From Catajapyx aquilonaris (lineage: Eukaryota), in the NCBI GenBank assembly GCA_000934665.2, contig KZ538799.1:1-46853 (forward strand): DNA of 46,853 nt, given 5' to 3'. A program made the position numbers and the translations under genes. The notes under the pieces were generated by a model that saw nothing but the letters and a program-made list of their open reading frames with translations, did no database searches and had not been told where the DNA came from. Below are positions 24,213 through 37,174 of the stretch, piece by piece (the stretch's first letter is position 1; each line of letters starts with the position of its first letter).

Positions 24213-27200
24213 GTAATAATTATTGTGCTGTGGTTAATCGCACTGTCCTGCATTGATCATAAGGTGGTATCAAAATTTCAGGTTCTTTTTACCTCAAAGA
24301 GCCCTCTTGTCCCATGTCGTTTCAGGAAGTCATGAGACTTTCCATTGTGTTACTTTTCATGCTGACGATTCATTTTACCATTACTGTATAATGTCGAGAA
24401 TAATTGCTGATGCAGTGGACTTTGAGTCAGATAGGCTAATATATTTTGCGGTTAATCTTACCGCTAGTGTAATTGTGCAGTAGTGCCTTCTTGGAAGAGG
24501 TCAATAGCTGCACTGGTTTTACTCGAGGAGTGGGTGCTGCACTTGCTTTAGCGGAAAGTAGTTGAGACCACAAAGTAAATAGATTATGTGTGCTCTGCTC
24601 ACTTACAAACGCAGCAGCCTTCCACATCTGTTAAGTAGGACACAAACATTTACATTATCATGGATATTTTAATCTGGATGGTGTACTATGTGCATGCTCA
24701 ACTCGTCTAAACCAAGTAGCATTCACATGTGCAGGTATTGAGGAAATTTCATCTGACCATGATATTGTACCCAAAAGTAACGTAGCGCTCCTCCGTTTGT
24801 TTAGTTGTGCAAGTTTCCTGTTGGCACAGCATAGTTGGGAGATTGCCCTTGACTTTCCGGTATTGATATGAGGTGCTGGGAATCACATCAATCATCACAT
24901 CCTCTAGTGTTAAGGTCATCCTATTAACAGTACTCCTTATCCATAAAAAAAAAAGGTGACGCGTGCTGTTTCCCCAGAGGGAAGTTCAAAGTTCCAAGTG
25001 CATGTGTGTTCAGGCATTCCTCTGATATTCGCTTCGATATTTCATCAATTTTCGAAAACATTTTGAGGGCCAAATGATTGGAAACAGACCAGTTTATCAT
25101 TGCAGTGGTGCAGAATGTGTCATTCACAGATTTTACCAAAACAACCACCTGTTCAGGGTTGTTCTTAAAACATTTACACAAACTGCTGAGTCCTGCACGG
25201 GAATTTATTGCATATCTGTAAAAGGCGTGTGGGATGATGATTTATGGCCCCAACATGGTTGCCTGCTTTTACTTCTCTAGTCAATCTTCTGTTATTTTTT
25301 ACTCCTACTTTAATAAGGAATTTACGATATGAATTTATGGCCTGAGAATAACACCCAATTAATAGTGATGGAGATGATTATTGTACCTGCGAAACATATA
25401 GACTCACTGTACCTGTGGTTGCCCACATCTCCTTGCTGGGATTTTACAGAAACTTGTAATTCCAGTTCCAGTTTACTGCTTGCACCTGTGGTTTTCACTC
25501 TGTACGAGATTGAAATAATCTATGTCTGGTTCTCCCATGGCAGATGTGGCGATGAAATTTACACATGATAATAGACCTACTACAGACAGTGTAGTTACAA
25601 AGGTTAATAGTCAGTCTGTCGTCTGAATTACAATGAAGCTGGATTTTTAATAAAGCTTAGTTTTGGCAGGAAATTGATTGACACAGCTATAATGCAATGA
25701 TAATCCTTTTCAGGTACCAATGTCGCTACCCTTCAGTTGCTAGATACATTATTTAAAAAAATGCCTTGTTGATATCAGCACGAAAGTATAGGAACACGCA
25801 AAGCCTCACCTTTGGTATCAATATAGAAAAAATGACAAAAGTTACCTCAAATAATGTTGCCTGGAGAGTCAACACCAGATACTTGCATACGAGAATTATC
25901 AGCCATGATCGTGCAGATAAATTACGGCATGATCTGGGAGTTAGCGTTATCGGTTTACAGAATTGGGTTAAAATTATAGAGTGCAGTAGGTCAATTAATT
26001 ACAAGGCCAATGCAATTGGCTGTGGAGTGTCATTTGTTCCTCAAACAATTTTTGATTGTCAGTACTAACTCCCCTGCTTTGTCCCTTCATTTGCAGGTCT
26101 TGAATGTGATACGGGAGTCAACATACTACACGTCTGACCCATTGGAAGCATGCCTGTTTGTCCTGGCGTTGGACACCCTAGACAGGGACAGTCTGTCGAG
26201 TGACTATGTGCGCAACATGGCCTCCCGCATCCAGAAACTGCCCCTGTGGAATGGGGGCACCAACCACGTCATCTTCAACCTGTACTCGGGCACCTGGCCT
26301 GACTACAACGAAGACCTGGGCTTTGACCCTGGGAGGGCCATATTGGCCAAAGCCAGCCTCTCGCTGGAGTCGCACCGCACAGGCTTTGATGTTTCCATAC
26401 CACTTTTCCACAAGAAGCACATGGAGAAGGGAGGGGAGCCAGGATTCGCCTCTGCCAACAACTTCCCACTCACCAAGAAGTACCTGCTAGCTTTTAAGGT
26501 CAGTTTCATGCCAATTTATAACTTGCAATAATTACTCTTGCAGTTAAGCTTTCTCCATCAAACTCCCAAGAGGTCAATCCTGTACATTAATGGTGGCATA
26601 TTATAGTATCGCAGGACCTTACCCTTCCTCATCCTCTCCAAGCCCATCCTTCTAGCTCCAAGAGTCGATTTGTGAGTATTTACAGAAACGTGTCTCAATC
26701 TTTAGAGCAAGATAGTTCATGAGTTGGTCAATATTGTTAATTTAGCATTATCATCTTCATGATTAGCGTAATGAATGATGTCTTTAATCCTAATTCAGTA
26801 ATACTGCTTGTATCTTGATGTAGTAGAGCATTATGAAGCAGAAAAGTATTCATGAATAGAGGTACTCCTCCGTACATGAACAGGAAGTACAGTATGTGAA
26901 TATTTGTGCATTGCAAGTAAAATTACAGCAGTCACGGAAGTAATTAGGCCGTTGGAAAAGCTTTCTTTGCTGACTTGAAATATACAGGACATTCCAATTT
27001 ATATGCTTGGTTCAGTTAATGACTTTTTTGACACCTCATTGATTAGTTTTAAGCAGTAACTTTTGATGTGACACTTTTTGTGGTCATGAAAAGTACTACT
27101 AGATTGCTTACATTAGGTTACATGGACACATCCTTTTAAACACCTACAATGGAGTTGGGCCTCCAAAACGTGGGTTAGCATATCATTGACGTCCAATGCC

Positions 27201-29526
27201 AACTGTTCCAGCGTGCTACTCCCAATTGAAACTAATTGCAATTATTTAGCGCATGGACAGTTGTTTTTATTCCGCCTAATATTAACTCCTACTTATTTTT
27301 TGATAATAAGTAACTGGTTAAAAATGAGCAGCTTTATATCCAAAAATTTATTGACTTAAAAGGACCCTTCAGTTGGCGTACCCTGCCCTTGATTTTCATG
27401 GTTTTGTTGTGGACTTTTCTTGAGCTGCTATTCTGCTTCCACTTCTCGGCAAGCATCCACATCATCTCCCCTTTTGAACAGCTGACCTATGTAGCACTCA
27501 AGTCAGATTGAACTGCTTCAACAATAGGGCTGCAATGCTTTCTGCCACGATGTTAAAAGTACCATTTCTCATGTTTCAATTGCCAAGTTCAGTGCCCCCA
27601 CACCTATCTGTAATGTAATTTATCCGCAAACTTGCATCCGCTGAATGTATTTGTACTTTTCATTACAGGGCAAGCGTTATGTGTATGGGATTGGATCTGA
27701 GACCCGCAACTCCCTCTACCACCTCCACAATGGTCGGGATGTTGTGTTGGTGACTACCTGTCGCCATGGGAAAAGTTGGCGCGAGATGAAGGACGAGAGA
27801 TGTGACGTGGACAACGCAGAGTACGACAAGTAAGTTGTGCCTAGAATTAATAGCGAAATGCATGCATGAAATCTTGCGAGTTGTTGGCCTCTTGCGGGCA
27901 GCAGGCCATATTGCATGATTTTTTAATTGTGTTGGCTGGACATTGAATAGCAGGATGCAACAGATTATAATCAGACACGTATAAGACTGCGCGGGTACTA
28001 GGCAATGAATACTTCTATGCTTAGTGATATTGACAGTGTGTGCCGCATTCTGTAATTTTGTGCATTTCTTATTTAGGGTGTTGAAAAAAAGTTGCTACTT
28101 CTGAAATGAAATAGCTTTTTAGCCGGAGCTTCGATTCCTGGTGAAGTCATTATGTTCAGGACTTGCCAGAAGTTTATGGCGTATGTGTTCTGACGTGGAA
28201 CTTTTTTGCCTTTGGATTATTGCTGTGCCTACTCCTTTAAAAAAAAAAACCATTAAGTGTTTTATAGCACTTGCTGACTTCAGCACAGTTTCACAACACA
28301 TGTTTTGACTTATGGGTGTTACTTACATAAGTTGCATGTGGGAGAAATTATTCAATTATAAGAAATGGCATTTACGATGGTTGGAGCAGTTGGTGCGAGG
28401 AAGTTGTAGGAGTGAAAGGAGGAAGGGTACATCCGGTAGGATGGTGCCAATTAATAGACAAGTGTAACTGTATCCCAGATGCATGCCTGGCTGTCTGGAG
28501 GTGACATCAGCTGAATATGAATGAACTTGGTGCAAATAATTAAGGTTTCTTAGTATAGGACTGATCATATTGGAAGTCGTTGCATGCTGCATGAATTGAT
28601 GAAAGCGCATCAAATGTGTGCTGTTGGTAGCAGGAGTCTAGACGTGACTGCACATTTTTACAATGGTTTCATTGGCGCATAAATTTTATGGAAAATTGAA
28701 TATTGGATATTGCCAAGTGATGCACATTATTTTAATTAATGTTTATGCAGGCGATTTCAATTAATGACGCTCATGTTGAATTTCAAAATTTCATTAGCAA
28801 TATTGCATTAATTGTGAAGAATGGCTACTGTTACATTTACAATCCCTGACAATAGAGTGTCGTCTGGTCTTGTGCTGAGAGACTCCCCTATTGACATAAC
28901 TGGGGAAGCAGAATGTAATTATTGGGTGCGATGCACATACTGAGTGCGTGTTGACATGAGCGGGACACTTGGTTGTTTACCTCCCACCCCCCCTCACTAT
29001 TGTGGCCTTTGTCTTGTTGCAAGGGTTTCGTAATTAACCTGCAGTTGGGGGAGTTAATTAGCCAATTCGTGCCCGGCCAAACTTTTATGGGGTTTGAGGT
29101 TTTGTGGGGAGTTGGGTGGATGGGAGGAGGGAAGTGAGGGCATGTCAACATGAGCGGAAGTGTAGGCAATAACACGAGCTGGGGATCCTGTTTACGAATT
29201 TGCTGAGACTGGACGATCATGGGAGCCCTGATTCCTCTATAGTTGCTTACTCGCATTCCTCATCCGCACCCGTCTAGTGACACCGGTTGCAGCAGTCACG
29301 TACCACACACGTGTCTGAGTAATTAGATTGCCTGAACTGGTCAGGTGGTGGTGGGATGCTGACATTCATTTTGCGTAATAGTGCTGCTATTGCTTTTTTA
29401 CTTGTATGAATGTGGAATGTGTATGTAATGTAATGTTGGTTGGCCAAGTAGCCGTTGCCACAAGCTGACCAAGGCAAAATAAATTAGGACTAAAAGAAAA
29501 AAAGAATCTGGTCAGAAACTAGTGGT

Positions 29527-29568
<42 letters not shown>

Positions 29569-29644
29569 TAATTTAGTTCATATGTAGGGTTAGCTTGCTT
29601 CTCCCTTCATCGCTGACTAGTGACTACCCCTCAGGGAAATGTCG

Positions 29645-29688
<44 letters not shown>

Positions 29689-32600
29689 ATTATTATTATT
29701 ATTAATATTATTATTATTATTAGGTGAGGAAATAGAGCGTGATGAAAGTGCGCGTTTTGTAGGGCTGGTTTACACGAATGTCACACCTGGTTAATTAAAA
29801 TGAGCGGCCACGCCATCTTCCGTGCTGGGTGGCACTATATTTCGACAAAATTAACAGAAAAAAAGGGGGGTCTGCCCCGGGGCATCAAACGTTGCCGCCA
29901 TTTGTTAACACTAATCGGTAGTTTCACGTGCTCCGGTTTTAGCGAGGGGGAAGAGCAATATCTTGTAGTACGTACCCCCGGTTTTTGATACGGGCCCCAA
30001 GTACTTCTCCCCAAAGTGATGGCATTTCTGACCCCAATTTATAATTACTCCCAGATAGGCCATATACGCTAATGCTTAAGAAAATCGAGCCAGTGTTACC
30101 GACGTAAAAATCGCACATTGCAAATAACTATTTTTGACGAGTCATTGAACTAATAAGGAATACAAATTGTGGCGTGATTACCTTCGTCAATTTGTGGCTA
30201 AGTGACTCCTAGATCGACTTTGAATATACATCGAAGGCGTTGTTGCCGGATTTTCCTTTGTGAGACTGGTGTCGTGAACGACTCTCAGGTTAATTAGCCC
30301 CTAGCTCCCTTCTGGAACGATTGTAAATAATCTATTAGAGCTCCCCCTAATAGATAGGAAGTTACGGCCCCCGCTGCATGCTATTTGGCTTTGTGATCTC
30401 CAAACTAGGAAAGGCCTCTGATTTAAATGAGCTTAGAGGCCCTATGCCTATATAGGAGAGAGAGAGATCCATTTAAAAGTTTTATGCCCAGGTTTATGCA
30501 CGGAATCGCGGATTAGATTCACTCCTAGTCGTTACCAGGTTTACACAGCCGCTCAAATTACTTGTTAAAGGATCAATTTTTGACCAAGATTTCAATGAGG
30601 TTCATAATTGTCGTACTTCCGCGTTGCTGATGGCCACACGTAATCTCATTTCCGTTGTATCGAAATATTTTGCCTCGAAATCTATACTGTATATGCCAGC
30701 GAAAGTTCATTTTTGCCCTTGCCACCACAATGTTCAGTGCAAGTTTTTCCTAATAGTAATTATGTCATACGTGTGATAATGGTATACACTCCATTATCCA
30801 GTCGCGAAATTAATCATTAATAAATTGTAATTGGGTTGTTATTATTATTGGGTATAGAGGGCCAAACCGCGTCTCGACCTCGACTAAAATCCTCTTTCGA
30901 AGGCGGGTGGTTTGATCGAGAGGAGACGACCTGATTGGATATGTTTCGGTCCATGATTTAAAACGACGACGAGCGAGCAAATGAAATTAGACGCTCTTGA
31001 CCAAGCGAGTCCTGCCCGCAATTAGTGTAAATGAATGAATGAGTCGTCGGGCATGAAATAGTAATAATGACCCGTGCTGCAGGCTGGGAACTACATAACC
31101 TGGGTTTGTGTACTACAAACCGGGGCGTTGGTGGTGGTGATCAAGGGGGTGTTGTTTGGTACCCTTTGGGTGGGTGGTAAATAAAACATACCGTGACTCG
31201 TCTGGGTCTTGGGGAGTCGGAGGCATAATTGGTGTGGCTTGCCCCCTAATTAAAGCCACCCTCCTAAACCAGATCGATATAAATGCCTTCCACCCCTACC
31301 CCGCTCCAAAACACCAGTGGCCTACTGCCAGTCCGATAGATCAGTGTTGGAATTACACACCCGCGAGGTCCAGATAATCCAGGCGGGGGCTTTGGAGCAG
31401 AGAAGAAGAAGGAAGAAAGAAGAAGAGGGCTCTCCCNNNNNNNNNNNNNNNNNNNCCCCCCCCCCCCCCGTCTATATTGATTCGCACCGTGGGAAGGAAG
31501 GGGGGGGGATTACTTATTGCTAATTAGCACGGTTTCTTATCCAGGGCAGGACAGCGCGGCAATTTAGCGTAAATAATTAAGAGGTCGTCCATGTAGTACG
31601 TCACGCTGATTTTAACCCTTGGATCACAATACGCGACAGAAACGGAGAGCCCATTTCAGGCATTTTTCTCGTCGGAAAAAAAAGTCTTATAGGACGACTC
31701 TGTCCGTCCGTCCGTCTGTGGACAAACGGTTTTCGGATTCGGATTCAACGTGACCATGGCCATCTTCCGGTTTTCAGGGTTCGCTTTCCGCCAAAGTCAA
31801 CTCGACGCGATTTAGAAATATTATTTCCTTGGGTTGCTTAATACAGGGTGGTCCAAGTTCAAGTGTCGTTTTATAACGGCGATTAATAGCAGTGATTTTG
31901 CGATGACGTAGCAGCGACGCGTAAAATGTCCCACTTCGGCGCATCTTCGGCGCAATCGAAGTAAGCAATTTTACACATCGCTGATACGTCATCGTTAAGC
32001 GCTTCTATTAATCGCCGTTATAAAACGACACTTGAACTTGGACCACCCTGTATATTGGCAACGGGAAATGAGAGTGACGACATTCTTATGTCGTTGTTGT
32101 CCACGTGTGGTATCGGTCACAAATCTTAACAGTTTCAATGAACTTGTCAGCCTCGTTTTCCCGCTGCCCAATGAGAAAAAGTCTACTCGAATCACGCGTG
32201 ATTTTGCAATTTTGGCTAGTTTTGTATTCTTTATCCGAAAATATTGGGTGGAATTTTCGTCGTACTACTAGTTACTGCTTGCTTAGCAGTACAATTGCAT
32301 TACACTGGTACTGCAAAGTTAAAAGTAACTAGTCACTAACTAGTAGTACGACCCATGCTTTTGAGATCTAAACGGATCTAAATAAGTAGTGAATCCCATG
32401 CCCGCGACTGCCCACCTAGTACCATACTCGTCTCATAGATGGCGCATCCTCCCTCTCTGCACACTACTGCCATTCAGGCTCGTACATGTTGAACGGAAAT
32501 GATGACTAACCCCGGACAATCGTAAGCATAGACTCAATCTGCTAATGTTTGGGCAAATAATAGAAGAATTAGGCCCAGTCTGGCTTGATATGACCACGGA

Positions 32601-35600
32601 ATCTTGATGTTTGTAAGGCAATGTGACGTGTTTTTAAAGACGGGAGGAGGGGATCAGCTGATTGATGCCAGGAGGCCATTTTGAAAGGGGGGCAGTGACA
32701 TTTATTCTCGGCACGTGCGACCAATATGCTGTAAAAGGGGTCGATGCCTTTTGTGGCAGTCGATAATTTTTCATAGTCGCTCGCCTGCTGTGTTTTACTG
32801 GTGACAGCTCCATTTCCAATGATCACGCGATTGTATTCCCCCCCTTGTGGAAGGGGGAAGATAAATTTAACCTCGTAAAATGCTGCAAAGAAATTAGTTC
32901 CTCAACTTGAGTTTGCATGCTGCAGATTGCAGGAAGAGAGAGGGGCCCAAAAGTATTGAGTCATTATATTGGCACAAACGAGGAGAAGCATTGAGAGGCA
33001 GTATAAGTTTGCATTCACGCTAGTGAATCAGGTTGTTTGCGAAATTCGCAAAGAAGAAACAAGAAGCGTGACGTTTTTTTTTTTAAAAAAAAAGGCCTGG
33101 GTCAATCAGGTCTGCAATTTTTGGGGAGTTTTTTTTTTAAAAAAAGGTCCCATGACCCTTTCAATGAGCAATCTGAATGGAAACATTTAAAAATATGCAA
33201 GCTTAAATTGGCCGCAAAGGGCGTCAGAAGCCTTTGATAAGTTTTATCTAAATTTCTTCGGCAAAGAACGAGGTCAGTTTAAAAAAAAGTTGTGTAATGT
33301 TCAATACCATGGACAGTAATTAAAGTAAAGTGTGTGCATGTCTGGTTGGCCATTGCTTTATCCCATTTGAAGGGAAATGACACTGTGCAACTGTGCACTA
33401 TTTCCACACCATACCCAATCTTGCCCTATGTATAAATATTACAATTATCGTGATGCAGCACAATTTCTAGTCCCATACAGATATTAGTTGCATACACAGT
33501 GGTCATGCAGTATAATTATGGTACAATATCACTAAAAGTCATTGCGACCTGTACCAAAACTGATACTTTATTTTTAAAGTACATTAGTTTCGACAAATAC
33601 CTGCCCATTTCTGATTAAATTTAGTTACGAGTGTTTGCCCTAGATAAGTGGGGAGGAACAATGGAGATGCGGAGTATAAGAGAATGATTTTTGTGTCAAT
33701 TAACGTATCCTGCAGCCCATGTAATGAAGTGGTTAATTAATCGAGAAAAAGTGGGGTCTGCTGATATTGTGGATTGGCATCATTAACACTCCAATTATAA
33801 CAAATGTAACCACAATTACAGACCATGAAATTGGAACATCCGCATCAGGTGTGATTGCTCTGTCAGGCTTGTGTTGTAATGACCCAGTCGGAAACTCGGC
33901 GTTTCAGACTATCTGATTAAGTACCCTCTTTTTTTTTTCCAGGTACGACTACGAGGTCCTGCTGCAGAACTCGACCTTTTGCCTAGTCCCTAGGGGCCGT
34001 CGCTTGGGCTCCTTCCGCTTCCTGGAAGCCCTCCAGGCTGGCTGCATCCCTGTCCTTCTCTCCAATGGGTGGGTTCTCCCCTTCCAGGAGGTCATCCAGT
34101 GGGACGCAGCCACTATCAATGCTGATGAGAGGCTTCTTTTGCAGGTAATCGTCAGCGTAAAGCTCATGTTGCTAAATTATGACGATAAACTTTAGTTTCT
34201 TCACTTGTTTCTGTAGTCATTCCTGCTGTACGTTGTGATGCACTGCCCACTCCTCATTTAAAGAGGGAATAGATTAAGAAATTATCTCTCGTTGACCACA
34301 GAAAGCAAATGAAAGAGAAGGGACAATCACAGCAAATATATTTCGGCTACTGAATATTGCTTTCTTCAGATCATCACTTCTCTTTAAAATGTTGGCTTGG
34401 ATTAATAACATTATTCATAAGCTATTTCCCAGCTCCCTTTGTGCGCTGGGGACTTGAGGAGTGCACCACTTTGTGTAGATGTGGTGTACACCCCAAAGTA
34501 AACGTGGAGGGTCAGTTTCATTGTCAAGGCCTTAATTGGATACCTTTGCTTTCATTCAGGCATGCATGAGACTGAAAGGGGTTTCAAAGGAAAGCTTTGT
34601 TTAAGTAGAGTATGTGGAGAGCTATGAGAGGACGAGTTTTTCTGCTTAGGATGTATATTTTAGTAACGAGAACAGAGGTCAGGATGTCAAGGAAGTGTGG
34701 TATTTTTAGGGTTCTAAGCCTCAAAGTAATTGTACAGTATTTTAGGATGTTATTGACTTTAAAGTTGCATCGGAATGCTCTTAAGTTGGCTCCTGACGTC
34801 CCGTATTATGAAGTGCATATCCTGGTGAGTCTGGTTATCATGGGTGTGTTCATTTGCCCCATTGCAGGTGGGTTTTCTTCTATCTCGGAAAACATTGTGA
34901 CCTGCACAACTTTGACTGCATTTTCTGCTGATGTGAAAAAAACTGCTTGCCCTTTGGATACCCGTTAAAAGCTGGTGTACCATGCCCAGAAACCAAAGAT
35001 GGAAGTGCAATTTCTTTTCCTAATTAGGTGCATGTGGCAAATGCCACGATATATTGCCCATTTAAGCAGTGATTTGAATAAGATATGCAGGTGCGAGGAG
35101 TTTGCCTTTGTGTCTGTTTAATGTGCCAAGTTTGTAAATCAATTGACTTTTCAGTACTTCAGGTACTTTTAAATGCATCTCGATCCACTACACATGCTAC
35201 AGTAATTAGGAGTCTTATCCTCGATCTTTCAGGTCCCTGAGATGGTACGCTCTTTGCCTCCAGCTCGTGTCCTGAGTCTCCGCCAGCAAACTCAGGTCCT
35301 TTGGGACCGATACTTTTCTTCTGTAGACAAAATTGTCTATACTACTTTTGAAGTAAGTTCCACCAATTGCATGTAAAAATTTATTCATCTTTATTTGACA
35401 GTTAACTAAACAGCAGCAGTAATGATTGTTTGATAATTTTTTAACATAATGCATTGTTCTTGATTTTGATGCCCACGTAAAATGTGATGGAGCTGTGACT
35501 AATCTTTCCTTCCCTCGCAGATAATCCGTGACCGCATAGAGTGGCATCTATCAAGGGATGGTGGGGCCTGGAACTCGATGCCTGGGGCTCTCTTGACCCT

Positions 35601-36775
35601 CCCTCAGCTGTCCTCCTCCAGACGGGCCTTCCAGGGTCCATTCCACCCGGGATCTTCCCCCGGGCCAAACTTCACTGCTGTGATCTACACCCAGCTGGCA
35701 GCTCATCAAGGTGGGGCAGGAGTCAGTGGAGGGCAGCTCCTCTCTCCCTTGCCCTCTGGTGGTGGTGGGGTGGCAGTGCAAGGGGCAGGAGCTGCCTCTG
35801 GTCCAACTGGGACCACCCCGCTATTCAGGCTGGTGCGCAACCTGGCCCGCAGCCAGTACATCTCCAGGGTGAGCTGCAAGAATACATCTTCATGAGTTTT
35901 CATGAAAGGGGGAAAAGACGTAAAATTTTTGCAGAATTTTTACGGATGTGGGCTAATTCCTGAAATGTATTTGCAGATAGTGGTTTTGTGGACAAGTGAG
36001 CGCACTCCTCCTCCGCTTTCCAAATGGCCTTCAGGTCCCATCCCCCTGTCCATCCTCACTCCCCCTGACAGGTCAATTTCCCTCCGCTTCCGCCCTCACC
36101 CCTTGCTCCAAACGGATGCCATCCTGTCCCTGGATGAGGATGCACTCCTGACCTCGGATGAGGTGGACTTTGCCTACCTTGTGTGGCGTGCCTTCCCGGA
36201 CAGGATAGTGGGCTACCCAGCCCGCTCTCACTACTGGGAAGACTCCAAGGGGGCCTGGGGATACACATCCAAGTGGACCAATGACTACTCCATCGTCCTC
36301 ACAGGGGCAGCATTCATCCACCGGTATTACCACCACCTTTACACACAGTGGCTGTCCCCATTGCTGCACAAGACTGTGGAGCAAAGTCAGAACTGCGAAG
36401 ATATACTAATAAATTTCCTGGTCAGCCATGTCACACGGAGGCCACCAATCAAGGTCACGCAGAGGAAGCAGTACAAGGAGCAGCCACCCGGTGGATCCAG
36501 GTTAGCCTCAGCGCTTGATCTTGGCCCCAAGTGGTTCGTTTTGCTGTGCTTCTCTCATTTCTTGCTGCAACATTTCTCTCTTGCCATTTTTCAGGTCCCC
36601 CTGGAACGATCCTGACCACTTCATCCAGCGCCAGACTTGCCTCAACACGTTCGCGGCAGTGTTTGGCTACATGCCGTTGGTGCGCTCCAACATGCGCCTG
36701 GACCCAGTGTTGTTCAAGGACCCAGTCTCCAACCTAAGGAAGAGATACCGACAGATTGAGTTGGTTGGCAGCTAA
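23820..36775 (+). CDS. EXT1: Exostosin-1 (tout-velu) heparan sulfate copolymerase, GT47 + GT64 domains, about 776 aa, 8 coding exons (whole CDS span)
   Basis: join(23820..24212,26097..26498,27669..27829,33943..34144,35233..35352,35521..35868,35977..36500,36595..36775) = 2331 nt, all GT-AG. EXT1-diagnostic peptides: [95 protein letters not shown]. Confidence 0.96.
26097..26498 (+). CDS. EXT1: EXT1 coding exon 2
   Basis: ttgcag|[15 protein letters not shown]...KYLLAFK|gtcagt. Confidence 0.95.
27669..27829 (+). CDS. EXT1: EXT1 coding exon 3
   Basis: ttacag|[14 protein letters not shown]...DNAEYD(K)|gtaagt. Confidence 0.95.
29528..29722. repeat. Compound microsatellite: (AAT)n, about 75-bp unique spacer, (GAT)n, (TAT)n
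   Basis: Directly visible: 29528-29568, 29645-29687, 29688-29722. Confidence 0.95.
31437..31455. other. Assembly gap (19 N) within a poly-C run
   Basis: Ns in the sequence; single Ns also at 7672 and 17703 in or next to G-runs. Confidence 0.99.
31663..32205 (+). mobile_element. Helentron/DINE-1-like non-autonomous element, copy B (interrupted by a MITE)
   Basis: 5' TTTTTCTCGTCGG and 3' CCAATGAGAAAAA (32168-32180) form a sub-terminal IR (11/13); (GTCC)n microsatellite near the 5' end; 3' palindrome AATCACGCGTGATT (32190-32203) then TT. Confidence 0.72.
31844..32050. mobile_element. Tc1/mariner-type MITE, 207 bp, nearly fully palindromic
   Basis: TA|CAGGGTGGTCCAAGTTCAAGTGTCGTTTTATAACGGCGATTAATAG ... 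CTATTAATCGCCGTTATAAAACGACACTTGAACTTGGACCACCCTG|TA. Confidence 0.9.
33943..34144 (+). CDS. EXT1: EXT1 coding exon 4
   Basis: ttccag|[26 protein letters not shown]...DERLLLQ|gtaatc. Confidence 0.95.
35233..35352 (+). CDS. EXT1: EXT1 coding exon 5
   Basis: tttcag|[40 protein letters not shown]|gtaagt. Confidence 0.93.
35521..35868 (+). CDS. EXT1: EXT1 coding exon 6
   Basis: tcgcag|IIRDRI...WNSMPGAL...FTAVIY...[16 protein letters not shown]|gtgagc. Confidence 0.9.
35977..36500 (+). CDS. EXT1: EXT1 coding exon 7 (GT64, DXD motif LSLDED)
   Basis: ttgcag|IVVLWTSE...[15 protein letters not shown]...GS(R)|gttagc. Confidence 0.94.
36595..36775 (+). CDS. EXT1: EXT1 last coding exon
   Basis: tttcag|[17 protein letters not shown]...[12 protein letters not shown] (TAA 36773-36775). 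Confidence 0.94.
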
Positions 36776-37052
36776 AGGTGAACCCCACATCAATCCTCCC
36801 TCCCCCAAAACATACAATAATCAACACGACCCTCTGTCTGTGATAAAACCGAAAAGGGAAGAAAAAATACCCAGTTTTTTTTTTAAGCTACTGCAACAAA
36901 ATAAGGTATTACATCTTGCACAACTTTGGCCATTACTTTGTTCATGTTGTCATTTTGTTTGAACTTGAGACTGTTTTGTTAGGGGCTGTCTGTCAAATTG
37001 CATGATGCTGTTTCCAAGACATTGACGTTAAGCAGTGAAGTCATCCATTACA

Positions 37053-37174
37053 CAGGGTGACCCTAAAATCTGTACACATAGGTAATTGTATTGTATTGTC
37101 AGTTGCCAGGTTTTCAATTGTCAACCAACAATAAATCCAATATACCTGTGTGTTCAGACTTTAGGTGAGCCTTG
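37053..37174. mobile_element. Decayed Tc1/mariner-type MITE downstream of the EXT1 stop
   Basis: CAGGGTGACCCTAAAATCTGTACACATAGGTA ... TACCTGTGTGTTCAGACTTTAGGTGAGCCTTG imperfect IR; TSD degraded. Confidence 0.65.
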
